Program-made: the position numbers and the translations under genes
The notes under the pieces: model-generated
Told to the model about the DNA's origin: nothing
The model's database searches: none
Seen by the model: only the letters and a program-made list of their open reading frames with translations
From: Podarcis bocagei
Lineage: Eukaryota
Reading direction: 5' to 3' (one strand)
Assembly (NCBI GenBank): GCA_964188305.1
Contig: OZ076897.1
DNA: 64,000 bases
Shown here: positions 11,101-24,600 of the stretch, piece after piece
How the letters are laid out: every line of letters begins with the position of its first letter
How positions within the stretch are numbered: position 1 is the first letter of the stretch

Positions 11101-14100
11101 GTTGAGACTTGATGCATTCAGTGTATCTGCACTATCTTTCTTCAAGTCACACTGCTGCTAGTGTTCACTTAAATTAATCATCTGTAATGGAATCTACTTA
11201 AGCAGCGTTTTGGAAACTGCAAGCTGCTTAGTGTAGTGAAAAATAGACTCTTAAAATCAGATTATATGATATGCAATTTCTAATTACTCTTGGCTATTAC
11301 TCTTGCCTATATTTGAATACCCTAGGCAAGGCAGTGGCATGTTTTGAATTGAAGGACAATGGTTCTTCCCCCACTTCCCTCTCCAGTTCAAGAGACACTA
11401 AAATCAATTTAGCGGGTATATCAGACCTTTTACAAATCTAATTATATGCTGCTAAACAGCAAGGGCCCCAAAGGCCAAAATGGAAATTTTTACATATTTC
11501 ACTCACTAGAGCTTGTGTAGTTAATTATATAGCTGTTCCTGCTCACACACTTGTCAGTCTCTGATTATAGTGACCACCAGCCATTTGAAATTAATTTTGT
11601 ATTATTTGCCTATAGGGATGGGGCTGGTCCTGTGTCATTCTGCCTGACAACCAAATTCCTCTTTATCTAGTACTGGCCCACATGGAAAAGAATGGACTGT
11701 TAGTTCCATTTTCCTACCTATAGAGCTGGTAATGGTCCTGTGTCATTCTGTCTGTCACTCTATTTACCTAGTACCAGCCCACATACCAAAGAATGGACCT
11801 TGGGTTTCTGATTTCTGAATTACATATTGGGAAATGTTCTTTATAATGTCCCCAAGGACATCAGTAGTATATATATTTTTACACTGTTGGAAATAATTCC
11901 TGTGCATGTGCTATTTGATTAATACTTTCATTTGACTTCATAGCTGGAGAGTCTGCCCACCCAGTATTTAAAAACTGAAATGTGTAAAATCATTTCTTTC
12001 ATAAAGGAAATGCAAGCACTGGCACTGTACAGAGATGAATTGTCAATCCCCATTCGGCCATGAAGCTCACTTGCTGACCATGGGCAAGCCACACTGCCTC
12101 TCAGCCCACCCTACGTCAAAGGGTTTTGGTGGGGATTAAGTGAGGTGGGGAGGACCTTGTATGCTACCTTGAGGTCCTTGGAGAAAAAGGTGGGACATAA
12201 ATGCTACAAACAAATAATAATTTTGTTGTTCATCAAATGTACCTGCAAATGTTTAGGACAGTACCTTGCAACATGAAGGTATTTCATATATTTCAAAAAC
12301 TTGAGTAAAGCCAAAGAAAACTCACAGAAATAGTGTATTAGTAGAAACATATGTTTGAAAATAAGTGGTTCAACACATTGCATTTCATTTATAAACTATA
12401 TATCACATTTATCACTCTACTCTTGTGCTGTATATCAAAATTGGCATATATTAAAAGACAGGACAAAAATGAGCAACATTTCCCAAAAGTCAGTTACCCT
12501 GTATGAAATTGTGTATGTCATATTCCTTCTGTTATTGTTTTAGCACTTTTTAAATACTTGTTTTCAAGAACCTTCACTCTGGTTCAGAAGTTCATACTGG
12601 GATAATTTCAGTAGATAAGTATAAGCAGATAAGAATAAAAGTGTGCAAGTCAACTTACTAAGGTTGGCAGTGGCAACAACTCAATTATTCCATTAAATGA
12701 ACACAGCAATGTCACGTGGACCTAGCTTTCAAAAACAGTCTTTTTCCTTGGTTTGAAAATTGTCTGAATGCCTTGGGCCTTCTGTCATTTCCTTTACTCT
12801 TAACAAATGATTGGTTTGTGAACAGCTATGAGGACTGTATGTGGATCAGTAGAGGACTTCAGAACCAGGCTTTTTTATTCTTCCTATCATGCCTGTATTG
12901 TTTTGTGACAGCCTTAAAACCTTTTTTCTCTCTGGGTTTTTTGTTTTGGGTTTCTTTGGAGGAGATGGAGAAGTAGTTGCTGCAGTACCACATTGGTCTA
13001 GGTAGAAGTAGGAGGCAAGTGATATTTGAAAGCTTTCAACAAAAATAATTCTAACATCTGTAGGAACTTATGAAAGACTGAGCATTCACTTGACAAACAC
13101 AAACCAATGTTCAGCACTGCTTCTGAATTTTTCTGACATTGTCCAGAATGTGTGTCACCTTGTAAAGGTATATGTGTGTCTCTGTGTGTTCATCCCACCC
13201 CGCTTCACTCCTTTGAAAGCTGATGATGTACCATCATTCGATTTATTAGTTGACATTATAGTATCTAAAAACTCTTATTTTTAAGGGAATTCACAATTTG
13301 TTTTAAGTTTGACAATATATATTTGCTCACGTGCACACACACACATACATATACTTTTGTATATCATTTTGGGATTTAAATTTTTTGAAGTGGTTTATAA
13401 GTATTATAAACAATAATTAAACAGCCTCAACTGTAAAGGTTACGTCATACTTCTCAGCCTTGCATTACTGTATATTTATGCATGGTATAGCAAATGTGCA
13501 GATTTGAAATTTGGCTTTGTAAAAAATGCACTCGTTAAACAGCTATCCTTTTGTGGTGTAGCCTTTTAAGGCTGTGTTTATAAAATGTTCCATTCTATTT
13601 TAGGAATCTAGTTTAAGAACCAGGTATTAATTATATAAGAACCTGGTCCTTGGTTAACATTATGGTTAATTCTTGTTTTGCATTTGGTCCTTAAAATAAA
13701 AAATGTGGCAGAGCAGCCTTTAAACTAATAGGGTGGGGGCCATTCCATTCCAGGGATGAGGAGTAAAATGTTTATCATTTTTCAAATGGGGGATGGTTAC
13801 AGCAAGGCATTGAGAAAGCAGGGGCACATGCTAACTATTAGAGAAGCAAAGGCCCCATAGGGTAAAACCCATATTCCAAAGACCAAACACACTAGTTATG
13901 GGTGTTTATATGCTACTGCTAGAAGCCTGTGAGCCAAAATGAACATTAGCTAGAGTCCTTGGTTTTGAGAGAAGAGCATAGCTATAATGGACATAAGGGA
14001 AACTTGGTGGACTGGGAAAAAAAACCTGTTAGACCTGGTTATCGCTGTTAAAAAGTATATAGGAAAGACAGGGAAGGTTGTGCTGGAGGTGCTGTAATCC

Positions 14101-17100
14101 CATACCTCAAAGAGGGCATAAAGTCCAGCAAGACAGAAATCCTCAAAAGGGCAGACTCCACAGAGTTGCTGTGGGTGGAAACACCAGGCCCAAAGAATAA
14201 TTAGTACTATTGTCCAGTGAACAAAACACCCAGGTTGATCTTGATCTTGAGAATGAAATCAAGAAGGCATGAAAAATAGGATGTAATGTAGTAATAAGTG
14301 ACTTCAAATACTCTAACGTAGCCTGGCTACATGTGTCCCAGTCATGACAAAGAGATAAAAATTTCTTGATACCCTAAATCATTGTGACCTAGAATAGTTT
14401 CTCATGGAACCAGTCAGTGACCCTGGACTTAATCTTAAGTGACACTGAGGTCCTGGTGTGGGATGTAAGTGTTGTTAAACCAGTTAGGAGCAGTGGCCTT
14501 AGTGCTATGAAATTCAACACACACACAATTGTTTGTTATATAAATATTTAAAAGCCTTGGTTTTTACAGTAACATGTTTTTAATATTTTGTTGGGAGCTG
14601 CCCAGAGTAGTTGGGCCAGCCTGGTCAGATGGGCAGCATAGAAATAATAAAATTATTATTTTTTTAAAAAAAAAATCATTTCATTCATCGCCATTTTATA
14701 GAGGTAGTGAAGTCCACTAAGTTGGATGCCTTTGTAAATTGATTAAGTCAAAACCATGAAGGGTATGGCTGTCATTGGTTTCTAGCCATTTTGACTATGT
14801 TCTGCCTCCATTGTCAGAAGCAACATGCCTCTGATTACCAGCTGCTGGTAATCTCAGATTGTCAGAGTGCTGTTGCGCTTATGTCCTGCTTGTGGGCTTC
14901 CTATAGGCATCTGATTGGCAGCTATAAGAATTGGATGCCAGCCTTATGTTCTTAAACTCTGGGGTAAGAAAGTGTATTGTTAAGAAGACCAAAATTAGTT
15001 ATAAACCACAATTTTGGTTCTTACATAACGACAGGATAGTTTTTAGCAAAGTCCTCTTCCTGTCTACGTAGGAGGAGGAAAGGGGAGGGGGGAGCACAGA
15101 AGCCTGCTCATGTATCTATCACATGGTTTAGTGTTATGTGCAAACTAAACATATGTATGTAGGAACTTGTACCTTATATTTCGTTCCTTAGAAGCTATAG
15201 TTTAAAAAATGATTCTTGGCATCTGCTCTGTAATGGGAATTGATCTTTCTTCCCCCACCCTCCCACCTGCAGTACTTTTTATAGATCCCCAAAAGAGCTT
15301 TTCAGGCTCAACGTAGCTAGAAAATTGGCTTTTATGAATATATAAATGTGTACAGTGTTTGAGACCTTTTTTAGTTTGGGGATTTGAGTCAAACACAGTG
15401 ACGATAAAACCTTGGGCCTTAACAGCAAAACATTCATATTGCAGGCCGTTTTTAGCTACTGCTGTAGCTAAACGTTAAGTCACAAACCACATAGTTTCAA
15501 TTCCTTTTTTGGTGTTCCCTTGGTGGGAATTGAAGGCATGCCATGTTCCTCAATTCTGTTATTATGTGACCTGTGCTGGATGTAGTTACTGGCCTAGAAG
15601 ACTAAGTATCTTTACAAGATAACTGGCTGCAACAGAGTGATTTATACAGCTGTACATCTGTGTTGGCTGTACTGTTATAAAGTAGTTATGTGTGGTCTGG
15701 TTTCTTGAGGCTCATAGCACTGCAAACTTGCACAAGGGCATTCTCCATTTCTTCAGCATCAGCATGGAAGGAACACATATAGACAAGGAGCTGGTAAATA
15801 CTTCTTTCAAAGAAATAACATTTTAAAGTGGCTAGAACAGAACTCATGATAGTCACTCTTGTATGTCAGATTGCGTAAATAATTGTCTTGAAAACCTTTG
15901 TAATATCAGGGTTTGATATACATACAAATTTAGCTATATTGTCTTTTTATAAATTCCTTTAGCTTTATAATATGTGTGACTGAAAACTTTGACTCAAATA
16001 CAATTAATAGTACTACCTATTAACTCATCTCTTTAGAGAGGGCAGATTTTTTCAGGATTAATGTATGTTAGGAAATTGTACTAAAATGTGTTAAAAGTAG
16101 CGTCTTGTGAAATTACAGGTTTCTTGGCTAAACATGCCTTCCACTAAACTTTCTTAGCACCCTTCTCTCCTTTATGCATCATATTATAACAATTTTTGTT
16201 AGGTCTGTAGTAAACTTTTGACTATGTAAGATTCTTGGGCAGGTCATCTGTACATAATCAGGATTAGAAGCTCATCAGCATTCTTTGTGAAACTAGTATC
16301 ATAGGTCTTTTTCTCAGTATCATGTTCAGTAGAGGATAACTTTGGAAAACAGTATGGTTTAAAGTTAGTGAGAAAAAGCTTCCTGAGTTCAGTATTTGAC
16401 AGAAGTTGCAGAACATGCCTAGATAGCTTTACTTAAGTGACTTATCAATATGGAGGTATCCAACATTTAAAAAAACATGTCTGATTCCAGTAGTCTCCTG
16501 GACTTCACTTTTTATTCCCCACTTATTCTGTTTTGCTATCTTCTAGGAATATATCTTGCTGTAGTAGATAATGTGGTTGCCAACTTGGATATTGATTTAG
16601 TATGCTTTAAGTCTAACCCTTCTTCATGTTAATAGATTTTCCATGTGGCTGCATGTAAAGAAAATATGTTTGAGAATCTTAGAAAGTTTCTCAGTGGTAT
16701 ATCAGCTTTTGTTACATGAACAATTGTAATATAAAATCAGGTAAAGTCTGTCCATATTTGTAAGGTATTTTTAATGTTTCTGCTTTTGCACTGGATGATA
16801 GAAAGGTGGTCTTTAAGTTTTAGGCTGCTATCCTAACCCCAACCCTGCCTGCCAGTGGAGACTTGTGTAGTGGTAAAGCCACTGCCACATCTGCTACCCA
16901 GCCACTTGCGGGGGGGGGGGGGCAGAGCTGGTGGCAGCAGCCGCAGCAGCATGATTGGGCTTGATACTTGCCAGCAAGAGCCATTAAAACAGCTTGTAAT
17001 CCAGTTCATTCCAGGCCAGCACAGCCCTGCCTCCCCCGTGCCCTTGTTTCATGCCTTTCTGTTACGAGTGTGTACATGGATCCGCATGTGTACAGCCAGC

Positions 17101-20100
17101 ACTCATGTTCACTGCTGAGAGCTTTAGGATCTTTTCCTGGAGTTATAACGTGTGCTTGTTATGGATGTGCATTAACCCTTAATCTTATGCCCACAAGAAG
17201 CTCTCACTCAAAGCAATGAAGCTTGGTTTATTATATATAAAACTGGAGCAACAGAATATATTAAACTGTTGCTTTAGACAGCAAAGTTACAGGCTAAGCA
17301 GGTAGCAAATTACATTACATACACACCTTAACTAAAGAGTAAAAGATTCCCTAACTATTCTAAAAGCCCTACAGAAGCTGCCATAAACCTACGCTAGAAG
17401 GAGTGGGGAAACGAAAGTATGCTTGTCCTTAAAGTGAAGCAGCAGTGTGTTGAGACCTGGGGAGCACTGGTTAAGTTCTATCCTGTTGGAGCTATGAGAG
17501 CCAACTAGCCTTTGAATCTAATAGGTTTTTTAAAATACCTTTTTGCCAAGGCATACTAGTGGAGAGGGAAAGGGTCTGTGAAATGATTGATTCCTACCAT
17601 TTCCATAATCTCTTCCAGACTTTCCTGCCTAGTTCTCACCTTGCCCATCTTTGGTCATCCTGTTCCTGTTTGCTTAACAAAAGGGTGAAAGACTTTGATG
17701 GTATCTGCACCTGCCCATCTCTGCCTGCCATCTGCCTTTAAATCACCTTACCATTGTGGGGATGGATCTCACTGAGGAGTTGAGTATCATGTACTTGAAA
17801 ACAAAATTTGCATGTGTTAATCTTCTGGTCAGATGTGGGTGAAGGCAGGATATGCCCAAAATACATTTCAGCAGGAGGCTGGAGTCCGGCTTTTTCCATG
17901 GTCACCAAAGCTCATCATGAAGGGTCTTGTGTCATATTAGAGTTATGTCAATCTTATACTTAAGTCATGATCTGCTGAGATAAACCATATTGTAAATTCA
18001 GATTAACACACACCTCCTTACATTTCCACTGGTGAATAACCCTCCAGCATGCATTGTGGCCACCTGTTCAGCAGATTTTCTTCTGAGTCCAACCCCTTAC
18101 TGGCTGGCATAATGGGATGGGGGTGGATTGCCATGCCTTAAATACAAGTGTGTAAAAGTGTGTACTTGCTGATTTCTGCTGTCATAACATATACCCTGGT
18201 GAAATCCCTGTCAAATATAAACATGTACAGGTATCTGATGAATTGGCCTTAAGTGTAATGCTACTTTTTGCCTTTAATGTAGGTAGTTTAGTGTGCATTT
18301 TTCACAAAGCAAAAATATTACGACAACTTTAGTTTTACATTACACATCTGTTAGATGAGCATTTTTTCAGCTGACAGCATTAGTTCAATTAAAAGTTGTG
18401 GTGTTTTTAAAAGTGATGGTAGAACACTTAAAGTTATTTGTGAATGCTAATCAAATTAAGGACATGCTTTGATCAGAATAAACTTACATTTATTTTAAGG
18501 TATCTTATTTTTCTTAGAAGACTTGCTGATTAATATTAAACAGTGCAAATTGTTGGTGAAAATGCATACTTCAAAGTGTTTCTGCATTTTATGGATTCTC
18601 TTAGTTTCTCCTTTCTGTCTCTGTTCTGATTTAGTTCTATTGCCTGCAGAGAATCAGATTCCAGTCTGTTTCATCTCAATAGGAATTGCAAAGACAATGA
18701 GAAACTCCTTCCCTATTTCCCCTTATATTTGCTTCAGTGTTAAAATGTCTTGTGGTAGCCTCAGGTGGGAGCTATGATGTCAGAAGCTTACAAACACAGT
18801 AAGATGAATGCAAATTAGGAGTGCCATCTGACATGACTGATGTAAGTAAGTGCAAAGCTGATTGGGTTTATGTGGACTGCAACAACCAGGAAAACATTCC
18901 TGGAATTGTGGAAAAATGCCTGGAACAACAGTTTATTATGTTGAAGCATCTTCTATACAAGGGAAGGCTAATACAATTGGGGCAGGTTTTTTGTTTTTTT
19001 AAGACAACAATTGGGGCAGGTATGCTTGAGATCGATAACATTTTGAACATTTTGAACAAAATGTTATCGATCTCAAGCATACCTGCCCCAATTGTTGTTG
19101 GGGCAGGTTGTTGGGGCAAGTTGTTTTCCATCAACAATACTAAAACTCAGGGTCATGCAATGAAGCTGATTGGCAGCAGGTTGAAGACTTTTAACATGAC
19201 ACATGGTTTTGAAGTTCACTACCAAATGATTTTGTAAGATCCAGTATATTAAACAGCTTTAAAAAGTACTAGAGAAATTCTTGGTCACCATATTACCTAT
19301 CATGCTGCATTTTTTCAGCAAACGGGTCTTTATTTAAGTCGAATTTTTGCCTAATTCTATTGTGTCAGAACATGTAACAGCTTGTAAAGACTGCAAAGCC
19401 CCTCTTATTCAGCTTTCTGATGAGTCAATCCTTTTTCTGCATGGAATTGGACTACTGGGGAAGCTAAATAGGTTCGTATAAACCTCACTAGCTTTCAGCT
19501 ACATACTTTTCAGACACAGAAAAGTATAGTAAGAGAGACGCAGAGCAGAAGGTGACTTTCATTATATGTCCTAGAAAGTTGCAAATTCAGCAATGTGTTG
19601 AGCGAGTTTTACTTGCACGTTATTAAGTATTGGAAACCTATGTGACTAAGTTCTGTTTATAGCAACAGATATAGTATATTGAAGACTAAGGATTATAATT
19701 TAAGCAGAAAATTAGTTCCTAACCCAGAGCTTTGTTAATTTCAAGTTGTTTGACAAAAAAAAAATTATTAAGAATGGGATTAAGGCTATTATTACTTCAT
19801 GGAATAATCTCAATCTCAGTGTATTTGTATTGTAATTTTTAAAAACAGGCATGCCTTTAATGCCTTGGGAAGGTCTACAAGGGCACACATGCCTTTCGGT
19901 AATCTAATCTATAGACAGGCTGCTTTCACATGATATAATTTTGAAGGCCACTTCTTTATGAGCGAGCTGGCAAAGAATGCCTGTTTCATATTTGTCAATC
20001 AAGACTAAGGACACTAAATTACAATTTTGGTATAAACAGCATTCTAAAACACATTTTTTTCCTCTGGCATAGTGTAAGCCGTTTCGTTGCTTTTAATTAA

Positions 20101-21589
20101 AGCAACATTGCAATAATCAAACCTCATAATGTATTGAAAATTAATCATCAAATGGTAGTATTAATAACCAAATAAGAGAGGGAAATGTAAATACAAATAC
20201 AAATGTAAAAGCTTGTGGAACCATACAACTGATTTAGCCTTCAGTCCTTCCTCCTGAATTAGAACATTTTTATGACTCCCAACCTGAAATGAGAATTTAA
20301 GTAGGCTGTTTTTGCCTTCTCTGAGTTAATAAGACAACTTCATCATTTGGTAATGTCTCAACATTGGCTCCACTTAGTTGTGGTCATCTTTTTTTTTATA
20401 AATATTTTTATTAAAAATTTCTTAGTTCACAAAAATACATGCATTGTCTCTTTTTTCAAGTTGTGTTTTCTACAGATCAGTTTCATTTGTTATGAGACTT
20501 TAGTATTGCATACAGTGTTAGGTTAGGAAGAAAAGAGGGGGAAATGGTGAGTGGGGTGGGGTGGCAATGCTTCTCTTCTTAGTGTATGTGTGGGGTTTTG
20601 TTTCAGCGTCACATATGGGTTCTCTTACTATTCGCTTGCTGTATTTCCTTGGTGGTGAGAGAAGTTGGGGATGGCCTAGGGTGTGGTTGGTTGGCTGTAG
20701 TTGTGGCCATCTTAAATTTGTGGTGCTTTATGCACCCCTCATCTAACCTTAATGTACAGTCATACCTCGGGTTAAAGTAGCTTCAGATTGAGCGTTTTCG
20801 GGTTGTGGTCTGCAGCGACCCAGAAGTAACGGAATGTGTTACTTCCAGGTTTCGCCGCTCGTGCATATGCAGATGCTAAAAATGACGTCATGCGCAGACG
20901 CAGCGAATCACGACCCGCAGATGCAGGCTGTGTTCACTTCAGGATGTGAACGGGGCTCCGGAACGGATCCCATTCGCATCCAGAGGTACCACTGTACTTT
21001 AGTATTTGTCCAAAGTACATTAAGGAGGAGATCTTGTTTTGAACATTGCACTACTTGTTTTTAAAGTTCTTAAATGCATTAGCATTGAATAGTAAGAAGC
21101 ATAGAATCATAGTTTGAAGGGACACCGAGGGTCATCTAATCCAACCCTTGGTAGTGCAGAAATCCTGTCCACAGGCATCCCTGGGTGGGCTTAAACTACC
21201 AACCTTCTGGTTAGCAGCCAGACACACTGACACATGTGCCACAGAATATTAATGATCATCAATGGTATGGGGCAAAAAGTAGTTAATTGTGTGCTGTGTT
21301 TTTTAAACCATAAAAAAGCTGGTAGGAGTTTAAAAGTTAATAGATAAAAACATTTTAATCTGAATGCACACAAGAGTTAAAAATGCTACATAATTAAACC
21401 TTTTCTTAGGCGATACCATAGCCTATGGAAGAATGGTGACTCTGTAGTTCTTCAAATGCTGTTGAGTCCAGTTATCCAGCAGCCCTAGATAGCTAGTGGT
21501 CAAAGAGGATGGGAGTTGTAGTCTAGCAATATCTGGAGGGTCTCAGGTTCTCATCTCCTGGTATGCGCAGATGACTTTGATTAAAAATA

Positions 21590-21630
<41 letters not shown>

Positions 21631-24600
21631 AAAAAAATAAGAGCTATTAAACACATAGGAAAAAACCATGAAAACACAAATAATTGATAGAATTAAAAGT
21701 TATATGCATATATAAAATATATTAAAACCATACTGATAATTATAATAAAAACATCATGGCACCAGTCTTTTCATTAAAATCAGTTTGTTTTTGAAGGCCT
21801 GTTAGAACAAGAAAGTCTTCATCTGCTGGTGGAAGGACAACCAGGAGGGAGCCAGTCTATTTTCTCTTAAGGAGCTAGCAGCCATCAAAAATTCTCTCTC
21901 TTGTGACCCTACCAAGCATGCAGTCATGATTGTGAATCATATCATAACTTTATATGTAACCTAAAAATGACCTTTTTTTCTGGCATTCTCTTTTTAGGAG
22001 TATCTAGCAGTATTTGCAAGATGCAGTCTCATGACAGTTTTTTCTAGAAGAAAAGAATCTTATCTTTTGTAGAGAAGACTGCATTCCACTCTAAGGCAAA
22101 AATGCTGGAAATAGTGGTAGTAATGAGGGGAGGAATCTGCATTTAATAATTTTAGTTATACTTNNNNNNNNNNNNNNNNNNNNNNNNNNNNNNNNNNNNN
22201 NNNNNNNNNNNNNNNNNNNNNNNNNNNNNNNNNNNNNNNNNNNNNNNNNNNNNNNNNNNNNNNNNNNNNNNNNNNNNNNNNNNNNNNNNNNNNNNNNNNN
22301 NNNNNNNNNNNNNNNNNNNNNNNNNNNNNNNNNNNNNNNNNNNNNNNNNNNNNATGGCCCTCAATGTTTGCCCACCCTTGGCATAGCCTCTATTTCTAGT
22401 GGGGTCTCCCTTATGTCACATTTTAGACTGTAAGCTCCTGAGAGCAAGGATTTGTTCTCTTAATACCGTCTAGATAGTCATCCACTCACTAAATAAATGA
22501 AATATTCTGAGCATTTTAGCAGTTTCTATTGCAACATTATATGATACAAGCAGGATTTTTGCCTTAGAGTGGAATGCACTCTATATATACGGCATGACTT
22601 GTTTTTGAGAAACCTGTGCTGAGTCTTAGTACAGTAATCACAGCATTCTTTTCTAAAAGCTCACAGACCTACTTTCTAATTATCTATTCTAGGACCTGGT
22701 ATCTATGTCAGTAGTTACCTGTGTCTTCTTTCTCCCCCTTTTTGAAGATGGTAACAACGTTTGTCCACCTCCAGTCCACAGGGACCTTATCTATTATCCA
22801 GGAATACTCAAAGATTATAGACAGAGGTTCTGAGATTACATTTGCAAGCTCTTTTCCTATTTATAAATATTGACTATTTTTCACTTACACCAAATTTGTG
22901 ATGGGGGTATGTGGCCACCAGGCCCATTAGCAGTATGGGAGGAGGGACAGGGATGGCTTGTGCAGCCCTGCAACCTTTCAATGTTTATGGGTTGTCTTGA
23001 ACCCACTTCATCCCCTTAAGGGCCTGATGCAAAGAGGTAGTTATTTGCGTAAATCTGCCCAATGAGTTTTTGGCTAAGCCCGTGATTGGAACTGTAGATT
23101 TTGTGTCTCTTGGCTTTCAGGTTTTTTTGAGTATGATTCTTTCTCTTCCTCCCACTTGCCATTCAGAATCTTAAGTCTCTGCAATGCTACACTATTGCCA
23201 ACTAATTCATAGGTTTTTGGAAGGAGAAATATCTACAGCTTAACTCTTTAAGAAATGTTGGAAGCCAGTAGTTAAATGGAAAACACTTTAATGCAGATTT
23301 AAGCTACAAAATCCATAATACGGAAATGCATTTAATGTTTAACTTGGCAGAAGTAAAAAGAGAGAAATATTATGTGCAACATAATGCCTTTTTAGGGTCA
23401 TTATAAAAATGTGTCTGCTAAATGCACATCTTGAAAAAGAGGATATATTTGTGAAGCTTGTTTTCACTCAAAGTTTTTAATGTTTCCTTTGAATCATGGT
23501 AGTTTCCCTTCCCTGTTATAGAAGATGCACAGTCTGTTATTCAGTAACTCTTGTTTTCACATGCTAGACAAGCTTACACAAAACTATTAAGTTGGACTAT
23601 GGCAGGCAATTGAAAATGGGGTGTAAAACTGGTTTTCATTCCACTCAGGCTTTCTGGGCAACACGATGACTTGCCAAAAAAACTTATACTAAAATATGCA
23701 GTTCCAGAAAATAACCCTGTGTTCTCTGTTGTTCCTAACCTTCTGAAGATGGTATGACAAGCAATTTTAAATTTTTTGGTCATAGTCATTTATAAAATGG
23801 AAACATAAATATGTAGATGTGATTATAGTGTTAAACTGGATGTCTGCTCTGTCTTTTTTAGGGTCATGATGAAGAAGCTGTTGTGGATACGGGCAAAATC
23901 AGCTCTACTATCAACACAAACTTTGAGAAAGAAGAACTAGAAAGTAAGTATATTTTTTCAGTCTCGTTAGGATTGTTATTTTTCCCAAGTTCAAAAGTAA
24001 AACATGTTAGAATCCTAGTGCTGCACTTGTGTTATCTGGTTTGGCATGGTTGCATCAATGCCATTTGAAGTCATGCCTGGGATTTGCACCTAAGTTGTTA
24101 GTGTGCATTGCATCCAATATGCAAGATGAAGTCAGGTACAATTACCCTTTCTCCTTTCTAGCTCTATGCTTTGCCATCCTTTCTAGTGAAAGAGACAGGA
24201 TTTGAGGTGCTCTGAGAACCTCAAGAGAGCACAACACCAAAAAAACCCTCCTGCAATCATCTCCAGTTTGGAGTAGAATCAGGGGTCAGAGAGTATCCCT
24301 GCAGTTGTGCTGTGCTTGGGATGTGCTTGTTGAATGGTTTAAAGGGTATTAGGATAGCTACTGATTTAGCTCTCTATGATTTGCTGAATATGTGGAAAAT
24401 ATTTGTAACTGGTTGTGGAAGAGAAACAAACTTATACAGGTAACCATGTAAATGAGAAAAAATTCCTTCCAGTAGCACCTTAAAGACCAACTAAGTTAGT
24501 TCTTAGTATGAGCTTTCGTGTGCATGCACACTTCTTCAGATACACACTTCTTCAGTGTATCTGAAGAAGTGTGCATGCACACGAAAGCTCATACCAAGAA

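Noticed and set aside
18833-18847. ATG ACT GAT|GTAAGT as an alternative first coding exon (MTD-, phase 0)
   Set aside because: Strong donor but only three codons, next to a LINE relic, no homology; compatible with chance.
18821-19237. Mirror-image ORFs on both strands sharing [14 protein letters not shown]
   Set aside because: A direct consequence of the DNA palindrome at 19004-19098, not a protein-coding feature.
22152-22364. X-rich ORFs here and at 43481-43933
   Set aside because: Artefacts of N gaps.
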